DNA of 60,393 bases, counting the filler. It is 3 parts of 3 records of this genome, joined end to end, with 100 filler letters (N's around TTAATTAATTAA, not from the genome) between each part and the next. Parts side by side here need not be neighbours in the genome. Positions count along the whole stretch, not along the records: positions 1 to 27,886 come from SRR20825019_2193; 2 more parts are not named here. One strand, given 5' to 3'. Shown here in pieces: positions 9,957 to 20,265 of the stretch. Both the position numbers and the translations under genes were made by a program. Within the stretch, counting starts at the first letter, position 1; each line of letters opens with the position of its first letter. A model generated the notes under the pieces. It was given only the letters and a program-made list of their open reading frames with translations. It was not told the DNA's origin and ran no database searches.

Positions 9957-11600
9957 ATGACGGCATCCAGTTCCATGACCGGCGGCACGGCACTCGTCCG
10001 TGCCCTGACGGAAAACGGCATCGATACGGTGTTCGGCCTTCCGGGCATCCAGCTCGACGGATTGTTCAACGCCTTCTACGACGCCCGGAACAGCTTGCGC
10101 GTAATCAATGCCCGGCATGAGCAGGGCACCGCCTACATGGCCTTCGGCTATGCCCAGTCGACCGGCAAGGTCGGCGCCTATGCGGTTGTCCCCGGCCCCG
10201 GCCTCATGAACACCTTTGCCGCGCTCTCCACCGCATACGGCTGCAACGCCCGCGTTCTCGCGCTGACCGGACAGATCCCGAGCAACACCATCGGACGTGG
10301 CCTCGGCATGCTGCACGAGGTCCCGGATCAGCTCGGCCAGATGGAGCGGCTGACGAAATGGTCCCACAGGATCAACCATCCCTCTGAAGTTCCCGCCGTG
10401 ATGGATCAGGCCTTCCGGGAGCTCTGGAGCGGACGCCCCCGTCCGGTCGGCATCGAAATGCCGCTCGATCAATTGCATCTGAAAAGCCCCGTCGGCCCGA
10501 TCACACCAACAGCGACACCGGAGCCGCCGGAGCCCGATCCGGATCTGATTGCAAAAGCTGCCCGTATGCTCGGTGAAGCCAGTAACCCGATGATCTTTGT
10601 CGGCGGCGGTGCGTATGAGGCCGGTGAAGAAATCCGCGAGTTGGCGGAAATGCTGCAGGCTCCTGTCGTGTCCTACATGAACGGCAAGGGCGTGCTGGAT
10701 GACCGGCACCCGCTTTCCCTGCACCATCCGGCGGGCAATCGGCTCTGGGGCGATGCCGATGTGGTGATTTCCATTGGCTGCCGCCTGCAGCATGAGCGGA
10801 TGACATGGGGCACGGACGACCGTCTCAGCATTATCCATCTCGATATCGATCCCACCGAATTGACGCGGGTCGCGAAGCCGGATGTCGGCATTGTCGCCGA
10901 TGCAGCAGGCGGCACCCGGGCCTTGCTCGACAAGATCCCCGCCCACAATCGCGCACGGCCGTCTCGTACCGACGAAATGGAAGCCCTCAAGGCGGAGTTT
11001 CAGGCGCAGTTCGAAGCCAAGATCGGCCCGCAAATGGAATGGGCGGCCGCCCTGCGCGACGCATTGCCCGAAGACGGCTTCCTGGTCGATGAATTCACCC
11101 AGGTCGCCTATGCCTGCCGCATCGGCTTTCCCACCTACGCCCCGCGCACGCTGATCTCACCCGGTTATCAGGGCACCCTCGGCTACGGCTATGCCACCGC
11201 GCTCGGCGTGCAGGTTGCGCATCCGGACAAGCAGGTGCTGTCGATCAATGGCGATGGCGGCTTCATGTACACCATGCCGGAGCTGGCGACCGCCGTGCAT
11301 CACGGCATCAACGTTGTCGCCGTGGTCTTCGCGGACGGTGCCTACGGCAATGTGATGCGGATGCAGAAAGAGCTTTATGACAACCGGGTGATCGGCAGCG
11401 AATTCACCAATCCCGATTTCGTGAAGCTGGCCGAGAGCTGTGGTGCGCTAGGCTTGCGCGCAACCACACCCACCGAGCTTCGGAAGAAGATCGAGGAAGG
11501 TTTCGCCGCCGGGCGGCCGACCCTGATCGAGGTTCCGGTCGGTGAATTCCCGGAACCCTGGCCGGTGATCAGGCCCGGACCGTCGCGACCGAAGCGGTAA
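9957..11600 (+). CDS. TPP-dependent enzyme (acetolactate synthase / 2-oxoacid decarboxylase family)
   Basis: FGLPG, ARHEQ, VPGPG and the GDGG...ADGAYG TPP motif. Confidence 0.92.
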   Translation: MTASSSMTGGTALVRALTENGIDTVFGLPGIQLDGLFNAFYDARNSLRVINARHEQGTAYMAFGYAQSTGKVGAYAVVPGPGLMNTFAALSTAYGCNARVLALTGQIPSNTIGRGLGMLHEVPDQLGQMERLTKWSHRINHPSEVPAVMDQAFRELWSGRPRPVGIEMPLDQLHLKSPVGPITPTATPEPPEPDPDLIAKAARMLGEASNPMIFVGGGAYEAGEEIRELAEMLQAPVVSYMNGKGVLDDRHPLSLHHPAGNRLWGDADVVISIGCRLQHERMTWGTDDRLSIIHLDIDPTELTRVAKPDVGIVADAAGGTRALLDKIPAHNRARPSRTDEMEALKAEFQAQFEAKIGPQMEWAAALRDALPEDGFLVDEFTQVAYACRIGFPTYAPRTLISPGYQGTLGYGYATALGVQVAHPDKQVLSINGDGGFMYTMPELATAVHHGINVVAVVFADGAYGNVMRMQKELYDNRVIGSEFTNPDFVKLAESCGALGLRATTPTELRKKIEEGFAAGRPTLIEVPVGEFPEPWPVIRPGPSRPKR

Positions 11601-11642
11601 TGGCGTTCCGGTCCGGCACCGTCCAAATCTATTGGATGAAGC

Positions 11643-12332
11643 ATGAGCGAAACAGCCCTGATCGTGGGAGCCGGCGCGGGTCTTAGCGCCTCCCTCGCCC
11701 GTCTTTTCTCGGCAAACGGCATGAAGGTCGCGCTGGCGGCCCGTGACATAGACAAGCTGACCGGATTGGCGGCGGAGACCGGTGCCCTTGTGCAGGCTTG
11801 CGATGTTGCCGACAAGACCAGCGTCGCCAACCTGTTCACCTGGATGGATGGCGCACTCGGCAGTCCGGACATTGTCGTTTTCAATGCCTCGAAACGGGCG
11901 CGCGGTCCGGTTGCCGAGCTTGACCCCGATGAAGTCCTGGCTGCTACGACCGTCACCTGCCACGGGGCTTTTCTGGTGGCGCAACAGGCGGCAACACGCA
12001 TGCTGAAGGCTGGTCACGGCAGCATCCTGCTGACCGGCGCATCGGCCGGGGTAAAGGGCTATCCTCAATCGGCACCTTTCGCGATGGGCAAGTTCGGACT
12101 GCGCGGCCTTGCACAGTCCATGGCCCGCGAGCTGCACCCGCAGAATATCCATATCGGTCATTTCGTGATCGATGGCGGTATCCGGACGGCGAACGATCAG
12201 CGGGAAGTCCCGGGCGAGGACAAACTGCTCGATCCGGATGCGATCGCCGAGAGCTATCTGCATTTTCACCGGCAACCGCGCTCAAGCTGGGCCTGGGAGA
12301 TCGAACTCCGGCCCTGGAAAGAGACATTCTGA
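11643..12332 (+). CDS. Short-chain dehydrogenase/reductase
   Basis: GAGAGL Rossmann motif, TGASA, FAMGK, AQSMAREL. Confidence 0.9.
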   Translation: MSETALIVGAGAGLSASLARLFSANGMKVALAARDIDKLTGLAAETGALVQACDVADKTSVANLFTWMDGALGSPDIVVFNASKRARGPVAELDPDEVLAATTVTCHGAFLVAQQAATRMLKAGHGSILLTGASAGVKGYPQSAPFAMGKFGLRGLAQSMARELHPQNIHIGHFVIDGGIRTANDQREVPGEDKLLDPDAIAESYLHFHRQPRSSWAWEIELRPWKETF

Positions 12333-12443
12333 CGCCGCAATCTGTTGGTGAGGCCTGTTGCCCGATAGTCACAAAATGTGGGCGATCGCACATCATAAGG
12401 CGGCACTGGCTTTTTTCTCTTTCATTTCTGGATGCATGCCCCA

Positions 12444-12475
12444 TATATCGGCCCGTCATATATCGGACCGATATA
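12444..12475. promoter_or_regulatory. Tandem palindromic operator, probably bound by the adjacent PadR regulator
   Basis: Perfect TATATCGG-A-CCGATATA (12459-12475) overlapped by an imperfect copy TATATCGG-C-CCGTCATA (12444-12460), 13 nt before the PadR ATG. Confidence 0.7.
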
Positions 12476-12488
12476 AGCAGGCTCGTTC

Positions 12489-13034
12489 ATGGATGTAAAA
12501 ACACTCTGCCTCGCAGTACTCAGCCGCCGGGATGCGACAGGCTACGAAATCCGCAAGCAATTCGCGGAAGGACCGTTTGCGCATTTCCAGAAGGCGTCGC
12601 TTGGCGCCATCTATCCCGCCCTGACGCGCGCCGCCGAGGAAGGACTGGTAACAGTCACCGAAGAAGCCCAGGACGGCCGCCCGGACAAGAAGGTCTATTC
12701 CCTGACAAAGGCGGGGAAAGCCGCCCTGCGCCGCGCCTGCGATACCGAACCGGAACCGGATCAGGTTCGGTCCGACTTGTTCTTCCTGCTTTTCTTTGCC
12801 CGTTATCAGACACCCGAAAAAATCGCACGTCTGATTGATGAGCGGATCGCGTTCTACGATTCCCAACAATGCGAGCTCGACGAGTTCGGCCCAAACTGTG
12901 CCGGCGAGCCCGGCATGAATTTCGTCCGTGGCCTTGGCGGCACCATCTACCGCGCGGCCGCCGATTATATGCGGGCCAACCGTGAAACCTTCCTTGCGGA
13001 ACTGAATGACGAGGCACGCCATGCCGCTGAATAA
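12489..13034 (+). CDS. PadR family transcriptional regulator
   Basis: TGYEI, SLGAIYPAL and RPDKKVYSLTKAG motifs. Confidence 0.92.
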   Translation: MDVKTLCLAVLSRRDATGYEIRKQFAEGPFAHFQKASLGAIYPALTRAAEEGLVTVTEEAQDGRPDKKVYSLTKAGKAALRRACDTEPEPDQVRSDLFFLLFFARYQTPEKIARLIDERIAFYDSQQCELDEFGPNCAGEPGMNFVRGLGGTIYRAAADYMRANRETFLAELNDEARHAAE

Positions 13035-13100
13035 AGTGCCGCACGAAACATTCGGGACGCGCGCTTGCGCTCCAAAACCATACAGCCCTGCCGAGGTCCT

Positions 13101-14210
13101 ATGAGAATCAACTATTCCATCCTGCTGGCCACCGTCATTGCCGTCGGGACTGCTGCATGGATTCTATCTGGCCAGTTCGCGAACGGAGCCCGCACGGAAA
13201 GCGAAGACGCCGCGGACACCAAAGCCGCAGCTCCCGCTCAGGAAATGTCTGCCGTGCGTGTCCGTGAAAGCGTCGCGGAGCCATACCGCTCCGCCGTGGT
13301 CATCACCGGCCGGACAGCCCCTTCCCGGCAGATCGAGCTGAAAGCACAGATCCTCGGAAAGGTCGTTGCGCTCGAAGCAAAGGACGGCGACCTGGTGAAG
13401 AAAGGTGCGCCTATTATCCGTTTCGATCCCGAAGACAGGGAAGCCCGGCGGCAGATGGCGAAAGCCCGAATTGCGCAGCGCGAAACGCAGTTCAACGCCG
13501 CAGACAAGTTGGCCGACAAGGGGTTTCAGGCACAGACCACCCGTGCGGAATCCTTTGCCAACCTTCAGGAAGCCAAGGCTGAACTCGCCATCATCGAAGA
13601 GGAAATCCGGCGCCTCACCATTTCAGTGCCGTTCGACGCCGTGCTTGACGATGTCCATGTGGAAATTGGTGACGTCCTGCAGAGTGGCGATCCTGTCGCC
13701 ACTCTTTACGACCTCGACCCGATTCTCGTCGTCGCCCAGGTCTCCGAGCAGGAGCGGATCAAACTCGGCGTCGGGCAACCGGGTAAAGCAAAATTACTCG
13801 ATGGCACCGACCTGACGGGGACCATCCGTTACATCTCCGCTGCCGCCGATTCCGAAACGCGGACATTCCGGGTGGAGCTCGAAGTTCCCAATCCGGATAT
13901 GAATCTGGAGCTCGGGATCACCGCAGGCGTCATCCTGCCCCTCCCGGAAGTTACCGCCCATAAACTGACGGCCGGCGTCTTCACACTGAACGACGATGGT
14001 CAGCTCGGGGTAATGACAGTCGATGCATCCAGCACCGTCCGCTTCAACAAGGTGAATGTGCTCGACAGCGATGCGGACTGGGCCTACGTCACCGGCCTGC
14101 CGGAGCGGGCGCAACTGATCACTGTCGGCCAGGAATTTGTGTCCGACGGCGAAACCGTGCGCGCCGTCCCTGAATCCGACGTCGGCACCGACGCCGCCAA
14201 AGCAAGCTGA
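13101..14210 (+). CDS. RND efflux periplasmic adaptor subunit
   Basis: N-terminal TM anchor, lipoyl/alpha-hairpin pattern, TRTFRVE; ATG 13101. Confidence 0.9.
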   Translation: MRINYSILLATVIAVGTAAWILSGQFANGARTESEDAADTKAAAPAQEMSAVRVRESVAEPYRSAVVITGRTAPSRQIELKAQILGKVVALEAKDGDLVKKGAPIIRFDPEDREARRQMAKARIAQRETQFNAADKLADKGFQAQTTRAESFANLQEAKAELAIIEEEIRRLTISVPFDAVLDDVHVEIGDVLQSGDPVATLYDLDPILVVAQVSEQERIKLGVGQPGKAKLLDGTDLTGTIRYISAAADSETRTFRVELEVPNPDMNLELGITAGVILPLPEVTAHKLTAGVFTLNDDGQLGVMTVDASSTVRFNKVNVLDSDADWAYVTGLPERAQLITVGQEFVSDGETVRAVPESDVGTDAAKAS

Positions 14211-14220
14211 GGATCGCCCG

Positions 14221-17200
14221 ATGCATGCGCTGATCGACGCCGCTCTGCACCGCAGCCGCACCACCCTGATGGTGCTGGCGCTGATCCTGATTTCCGGAGC
14301 GGTCGCCTATGTGACCATTCCGAAAGAGGCGGATCCGGACGTCAATATCCCGATCATCTACGTCTCGATGAACCACGACGGTATCTCGCCGGAGGATGCA
14401 GAACGGCTTCTGCTGAAGCCGATGGAGTCCGAGCTGCGCGGTATCGAGGGCGTGAAGGAAATGCGCGCCACCGCTTACGAAGGCGGTGCGAACGTCACGC
14501 TGGAATTCACAGCAGGGTTCGATGCCGATCAGGCGATGCTGGATGTCCGCGAGAAAGTCGATCTCGCCAAGCCGGAACTGCCCGAAGAAACCGACGAGCC
14601 GACGGTTCACGAAGTCAATGTGAGCCTGTTCCCGATCCTGGTCGTGACCCTTTCGGGCGAATTGCCCGAGCGCACAATGCTGCATCTTGCCCGCAATCTC
14701 CGTGACGAGATCGAAGGCATCACCTCCGTGCTCGAAGCGAAGCTCACGGGCGAGCGGGAAGAGCTGGTCGAGATCGTGATCGATCCGCTACGTCTCGACA
14801 GCTACAACATCGATGCGACTGCGGTCCTCAACACGGTCGCCCGCTCGAACCAGCTGGTTGCCGCCGGGACACTCGACACCGGCAACGGCCGGTTTCCGAT
14901 CAAGGTGCCCGGGCTATACGAAAACCTGCAGGACATCCTCGATCAGCCAATCAAGACGAACGGCGACGCCGTGGTTCGGGTCCGTGACATCGCCTATGTC
15001 GAACGCGGCTTCAAGGACCGGGAAACCCATGCCCGGCTTGATGGCAAACCCGCGATCGGCATTGAGGTGACAAAGCGGATCGGCACAAACGTCATCGAAA
15101 CCGTCGAGAATGTTCGCGCCATCGTCGCTGAAACCCAGAAAGCCTGGCCCGCAGGCGTTACCGCGACCTTCAGCCAGGATAAATCCGGCCAGATCCGGAC
15201 CATGCTGACCGACCTGCGGAACAACGTTCTGAGCGCCGTTCTGCTGGTCATGATCGTCATTGTCGGAGCCCTCGGCTACCGCTCCGCCGGACTGGTCGGC
15301 ATCGCTATTCCGGGCTCCTTCCTGCTCGGTATCCTGACCCTGTCCTCACTCGGATTGACGGTGAATATCGTCGTGCTGTTCAGCCTGATCCTCGCGGTCG
15401 GCATGCTGGTCGACGGCGCCATCGTGGTGACGGAATATGCGGACCGGAAATTATCGGAAGGGCTCGACCGCCGCACTGCCTATGCGGAAGCCGCCAAACG
15501 CATGGCATGGCCGATCATCGCCTCGACGGCAACGACCCTTGCCGCCTTCCTGCCGCTGCTGTTCTGGCCCGGCGTGGTTGGCGAGTTCATGAAGTTCCTG
15601 CCGATCACGCTGATCGCAACCCTCACCGCCTCCCTCTTCATGGCCCTGCTGTTCGTCCCGGCCCTCGGGTCGATCTTCGGCAAGTCCGGAGCCCAGACCG
15701 AAGAAAGCCGGGAGTCTCTCGCGGCCATGGAAAGTGGTGACCTGAACAAGGTCAGGGGCTTTACCGGCAGCTATCTGAAGGTCCTGAAACTCGCGCTGAC
15801 CAATCCCGGCAAGGTGATACTGGCCGCGGCCGCGTTGCTGGTCGGTGTGCAGTATTATTACGCCAACCACGGCAACGGGGTGGAGTTCTTCCCCGAGGTC
15901 GAACCCGACAACGCGATGATCCACGTGCATGCCCGCGGCAACATGTCGACGGCGGAAAAGGCGCGGCTGGTCTTCCAGATCGAAAAGGAAGTCCTCGATG
16001 TCGGTGGCTTCAAGTCCGTCTACACATTCGTCGGCACCAAGGAAGGCGGCGGTCAGGATCTGGCCGAGGATGTCGTCGGCACCATTCAGGTCGAGTTCGA
16101 CGACTGGCAGAACCGCGCCCCTGCCGATGAAATCCTGGCCGAAATCTCCGAGCGCGCCAAAGCCTATCCCGGTATCTTCGCCGAAACGGCCAAGGAAGAA
16201 GGCGGCCCGCCAACCGGCAAGGCCGTGCAGGTCCAGCTTCGCTCCAACTATCCGGAACGTCTGATCGAAGCGACAGCGATGGTGCGCGCGCAATTCGACA
16301 GCATGGCGGGGCTACAGAATATCGAGGATGACCGGCATATCCCCGGCATCGAATGGCAAATCGCTGTCGATCGGGCACAGGCGGCAAAGTTCGGGGCCGA
16401 CATCGCCCTGATCGGCAGCTATGTGCAGCTCGTCACCCGCGGCCTCAAGATCAGTGACTTCCGGCCGAACGACAGCGACGAGGAAATCGATATCGTCGTC
16501 CGCTATCCCCGCCCGGCCCGCCGCCTCGACCAGTTCCTCGCGATCCGGATGATGACGGACAAGGGGCTGGTGCCCCTGCGAAACTTCGTCTCCTGGTCTC
16601 CACAAGCCAAGGTCGGAACCATCAAGCGCTCGGATGCCCGTCAGGTCATGGCGGTGAAGGCAGACGTGCTGCCCGGTGTCCTGGCCGACGAAAAAGTCCA
16701 AGAGCTGACCGCCTGGCTCGGAAAGACCAAACTGCCGGACGGCGTGAGCTACAAGTTCAAGGGGGAGGACGAGGAGCAGAAGGCCGCCCAGGACTTCCTC
16801 GGCAAGGCGTTCGGCGTTGCGCTGTTCATCATGGCCATCATCCTGGTCACCCAGTTCAACAGCTTCTACAGCGCCTTCCTGATCCTGAGTGCCGTGATCA
16901 TGTCCACCATCGGCGTGATGATCGGCCTGATGGTCACGGGACAGCCCTTCGGCATCGTGATGAGCGGCATCGGCGTGATCGCGCTGGCCGGCATCGTGGT
17001 GAACAACAATATCGTGCTGATCGATACGTTCGACGCCCTGAAGACGACAACGGGCAGCACCATGGAAGCGATCCTGCGTACCGGTGCCCAGCGTCTGCGT
17101 CCGGTGATGCTGACCACCGTCACGACCATGCTCGGCCTGCTGCCGATGGTGTTCCAGCTCAATATCGACCTGTTCACCCGAGAGGTCTCGGTCGGGGCGC

Positions 17201-17412
17201 CATCGACCCAGTGGTGGGTGGCCCTGGCCTCCGCCATCGTCTTCGGCATGGGCTTCGCCACGATCCTGACGCTGATCGTCACCCCCTCCGCGCTACAAAT
17301 CCGGGGTAATTTCCAGGACTGGCGCGCGGCCCGACGGGCCCGCAAGGCGGGGCACGATCAGGATGGTGGCTTTCCGATGGGAGACGGCAGTGCCCCCAAC
17401 GCGGCGGAATAA
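14221..17412 (+). CDS. RND efflux permease (AcrB/AcrD/AcrF family)
   Basis: GMLVDGAIVV, GIVVNNNIVLID and RLRPVMLT motifs; ATG 14221. Confidence 0.95.
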   Translation: MHALIDAALHRSRTTLMVLALILISGAVAYVTIPKEADPDVNIPIIYVSMNHDGISPEDAERLLLKPMESELRGIEGVKEMRATAYEGGANVTLEFTAGFDADQAMLDVREKVDLAKPELPEETDEPTVHEVNVSLFPILVVTLSGELPERTMLHLARNLRDEIEGITSVLEAKLTGEREELVEIVIDPLRLDSYNIDATAVLNTVARSNQLVAAGTLDTGNGRFPIKVPGLYENLQDILDQPIKTNGDAVVRVRDIAYVERGFKDRETHARLDGKPAIGIEVTKRIGTNVIETVENVRAIVAETQKAWPAGVTATFSQDKSGQIRTMLTDLRNNVLSAVLLVMIVIVGALGYRSAGLVGIAIPGSFLLGILTLSSLGLTVNIVVLFSLILAVGMLVDGAIVVTEYADRKLSEGLDRRTAYAEAAKRMAWPIIASTATTLAAFLPLLFWPGVVGEFMKFLPITLIATLTASLFMALLFVPALGSIFGKSGAQTEESRESLAAMESGDLNKVRGFTGSYLKVLKLALTNPGKVILAAAALLVGVQYYYANHGNGVEFFPEVEPDNAMIHVHARGNMSTAEKARLVFQIEKEVLDVGGFKSVYTFVGTKEGGGQDLAEDVVGTIQVEFDDWQNRAPADEILAEISERAKAYPGIFAETAKEEGGPPTGKAVQVQLRSNYPERLIEATAMVRAQFDSMAGLQNIEDDRHIPGIEWQIAVDRAQAAKFGADIALIGSYVQLVTRGLKISDFRPNDSDEEIDIVVRYPRPARRLDQFLAIRMMTDKGLVPLRNFVSWSPQAKVGTIKRSDARQVMAVKADVLPGVLADEKVQELTAWLGKTKLPDGVSYKFKGEDEEQKAAQDFLGKAFGVALFIMAIILVTQFNSFYSAFLILSAVIMSTIGVMIGLMVTGQPFGIVMSGIGVIALAGIVVNNNIVLIDTFDALKTTTGSTMEAILRTGAQRLRPVMLTTVTTMLGLLPMVFQLNIDLFTREVSVGAPSTQWWVALASAIVFGMGFATILTLIVTPSALQIRGNFQDWRAARRARKAGHDQDGGFPMGDGSAPNAAE

Positions 17413-17434
17413 AACGCCCCGGACGAAAGAAAGG

Positions 17435-18586
17435 TCAGCGCTTCAGCCAGCCCTTGAGCCGGCTGCTTGCCTCGACCATGTCCGCCGTGCTCCCGGCAAA
17501 GGAAAACCGTAACGAGCGGTGGCCACGTGCAGGGTCAAAATCCATGCCCGGCGTGGCCGCGACGCCGATCTCGTTCAGCATGCGCTTGCAGAAATCCACG
17601 CTGTCATTGGTGAAGCGGCTGACATCCGCGTAGATGTAGAACGAACCATCAGCCGGGGCGAGTTCATCCAGACCGGCCGCCGGTAGCTCGTTCAGCAGAA
17701 CCTCGCGGTTCCGGGCATAGCGCGCCACGTTGGCCTGCAGCTCTTCCTCGCAATCGAAAGCCGCCATCCCCGCGAACTGGGAGAGTGTCGGCGGCGAGAT
17801 GAACAGGTTTTGGGCCAGCCGCTCCATGGACAGCGCCAGATCATCCGGCACGACCATCCAGCCGAGTCGCCAGCCGGTCATGCAGAAATATTTCGAGAAA
17901 CTGTTGATAACGATTGCCTGATCGTCGCTCTCAAGCGCCGACACGGAGCGGATACCGAAATCAATCCCGTTATAGATTTCGTCCGAGACCAGCCTGATGC
18001 CCTTGTCCCGGCAATAGCGGGTCAGCGCCGCCATTTCCTCCTCCCCAAGCATCGTGCCGGTCGGGTTGGAGGGGCTGGCAATGATCAGGCCGTCCAGCTC
18101 TCCCTCGACCGCGTCCAGCAATGCCGGTGTCGGCTGGTAACGATGCTCGCGCTCCGTCTCCAGCAGCACGGGCTCGACGCCAAGCGCGGACAGGATATTG
18201 CGGTAGGCCGGATATCCCGGCGACGCCATGGCAACGCGATCACCAACATCGAAAGCCGCGAGAAAGGCGATCTGGAAAGCACCGGAAGAACCGGTCGTCA
18301 CCATGATCCGTGACGGGTCCAGAGAAACGCCGTACCAGCTTTTATAGTGCTGTGCGATCCGCTCCCGCAGCGGGGGCAGGCCCGCCGCGAGCGTGTAGCC
18401 GATCCGGTCGTCATCCAGCGCTTTTCTTGCCGCTTCCAGAACCCCCTTCGGGGCCGGCGTGGATGGCTGGCCGACTTCAAGATGCAGCACATCCTTACCG
18501 GCATTCTCCAGACGCCCGGCTTCTTCCATCACATCCATGACGATGAAGGCGGGAACATCTCCCCGCCGGGATATTTTCAGGGTCAC
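17435..18586 (-). CDS. PLP-dependent aminotransferase class I/II
   Basis: SPSNPTG, SDEIY and SFSKYFCMTGWRLG motifs. Confidence 0.95.
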   Translation of the reverse strand: MTLKISRRGDVPAFIVMDVMEEAGRLENAGKDVLHLEVGQPSTPAPKGVLEAARKALDDDRIGYTLAAGLPPLRERIAQHYKSWYGVSLDPSRIMVTTGSSGAFQIAFLAAFDVGDRVAMASPGYPAYRNILSALGVEPVLLETEREHRYQPTPALLDAVEGELDGLIIASPSNPTGTMLGEEEMAALTRYCRDKGIRLVSDEIYNGIDFGIRSVSALESDDQAIVINSFSKYFCMTGWRLGWMVVPDDLALSMERLAQNLFISPPTLSQFAGMAAFDCEEELQANVARYARNREVLLNELPAAGLDELAPADGSFYIYADVSRFTNDSVDFCKRMLNEIGVAATPGMDFDPARGHRSLRFSFAGSTADMVEASSRLKGWLKR

Positions 18587-18605
18587 GGGCTTGCCTTTCA
18601 GCTTG

Positions 18606-20168
18606 TTATTTGGCGCCTTCGAAGAGGATCATGCCGCGTCCACGCGGATCGTCGGCAATGCCGCAATCCTTGTCGCTGCGCGGGATTCCCTCCTTGCAGC
18701 GGAACAGACGCACGGCGCCTATCGGCTGGGAGGCTGGTTGTACCGGATAGCCCGCGCTGGCGGCGAGTGCTCCGGCTGCCGGTGCGATACCGGACTCGAC
18801 TGAAATCACGTCCGCCGCCGGATCGAAATGGGAGCGCGGCGCAGCCACGGCGGCGGCCATCTCCTCTTTGCCAAGATAGTGCCGGGCAATCGACGGGATC
18901 AGGGCGGAGATCGCTTGCCTGCCACCGGTCGCCATCGCGGTCATGTGGACCTGCCAGGCGTTGGTGTTGCCTGCGATCACTGCGGCGGCCAGCGGAGGAT
19001 TGGGAGCGGGCAGCGCCGGTGCCGGAATAAATCCGAGATCCGGAAGTGCCTGCCCCGTACCAAAGGGGGTATTCATGGTCAGCGCGCAGCCAACCGACAT
19101 ACCGGTGCGGTCGGTGATGGCAAAACTCGTCGCACCGGACCGCGAATCCCCGCCAAACAAAGAGGCCGCGCCAGGCGTTGGCGTGGTGCGGGTGGCCCCG
19201 GGATGGAAATTGTCAAACAATCGAGCGGCCGCGTCCGCGCTCGAATCGACATCGCCATTCGCCACTGCGTTGGCGGAGCGGACTTCCATCTCAGCCAGCA
19301 TCAGCGGGTCCATGTCCTGCGGCGCGGACGACCAGTCGGCTTCATGAAGGGCAAGAGAAAGCGTCTTTTCGATCAAGGCGCTATCTGCGACACGGCTGGC
19401 CGCGACGGCCCAGACATGATTGTCGAAACCGACGCCCCCGGCATCAGTCCAGACCGGTACGACATTGCGCAGACGGGCCTGATCAACGCCGTAACCAGCA
19501 GATTCCGCACTCGCTATGAAACGGCGGGCGAGCTGACCCGAATAGAGATCACCGATCCCGGCGACCCGTAACCGGCCAAAGGTAGAGGCAAGATCCAGCT
19601 GGATCAGAGAGCTACCTGCCTGCAACACGGCGCCATTCGGTGCGAGGACATTCGGGCGTCCCGGTCCCGACGGCCGTAATACGGATCCGTCACGCACCAG
19701 ATCCTCCGCGAGGCGGCGGGAAACCGGCTCGCCAAACCGGGCGAGCTGTTCCGAGACACCGATCAGCTGTGTGATCGGCAGGCGGCCATAGCGGGCATGC
19801 AGGGCGAATATCGCGCGCGGCCCAAGCGGAGCGGCAATTGCATTCTGCTCATCAGACACGGGCTGAGGCAGGAATGAAAGACGTTCGAACCGCTTGCTCT
19901 CCGGATCGAAAGCGAGACAGGAACCGCCCGCCCCGAGGCCTGCGGAAGACGGCAATGTCACGGCCAGGGTGAAATAGGCAGAGACAGCAGCGTCGGCAGC
20001 AGTGCCGCCCTGGACCAGTACATCCTGGGCGATAACGGCCGCCCGCGGCTCATCCACAGCGACGGATCCGAAGAAGCCTTCAGTAACCTCGATGGCCTCG
20101 TCGCTCGCGCAGCCCGCAAGCAATCCGGCGCAAAGCGCCAATGCCACGGGCACGGTCCTCTTAAACAT
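18606..20168 (-). CDS. Gamma-glutamyltransferase-like lipoprotein
   Basis: Lipobox LLAGC; GGTAADAAV...AVTLPSSAGLGAGG; ATSFAITDRTG...TMNTPFGTG. Confidence 0.8.
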   Translation of the reverse strand: MFKRTVPVALALCAGLLAGCASDEAIEVTEGFFGSVAVDEPRAAVIAQDVLVQGGTAADAAVSAYFTLAVTLPSSAGLGAGGSCLAFDPESKRFERLSFLPQPVSDEQNAIAAPLGPRAIFALHARYGRLPITQLIGVSEQLARFGEPVSRRLAEDLVRDGSVLRPSGPGRPNVLAPNGAVLQAGSSLIQLDLASTFGRLRVAGIGDLYSGQLARRFIASAESAGYGVDQARLRNVVPVWTDAGGVGFDNHVWAVAASRVADSALIEKTLSLALHEADWSSAPQDMDPLMLAEMEVRSANAVANGDVDSSADAAARLFDNFHPGATRTTPTPGAASLFGGDSRSGATSFAITDRTGMSVGCALTMNTPFGTGQALPDLGFIPAPALPAPNPPLAAAVIAGNTNAWQVHMTAMATGGRQAISALIPSIARHYLGKEEMAAAVAAPRSHFDPAADVISVESGIAPAAGALAASAGYPVQPASQPIGAVRLFRCKEGIPRSDKDCGIADDPRGRGMILFEGAK

Positions 20169-20265
20169 AACGTCCTCTCAAATCGCCGCTGGCTATTGAA
20201 TGCAGCCCCGGACTCGCGCACATTACAAGACCATGCACGGTACCAACAGGCTCGGACCCAAATCC

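Noticed and set aside
7590..11033. 1147-aa minus-strand ORF
   Set aside because: Shadow ORF opposite two well-supported genes in high-GC DNA; it has no motifs of its own.
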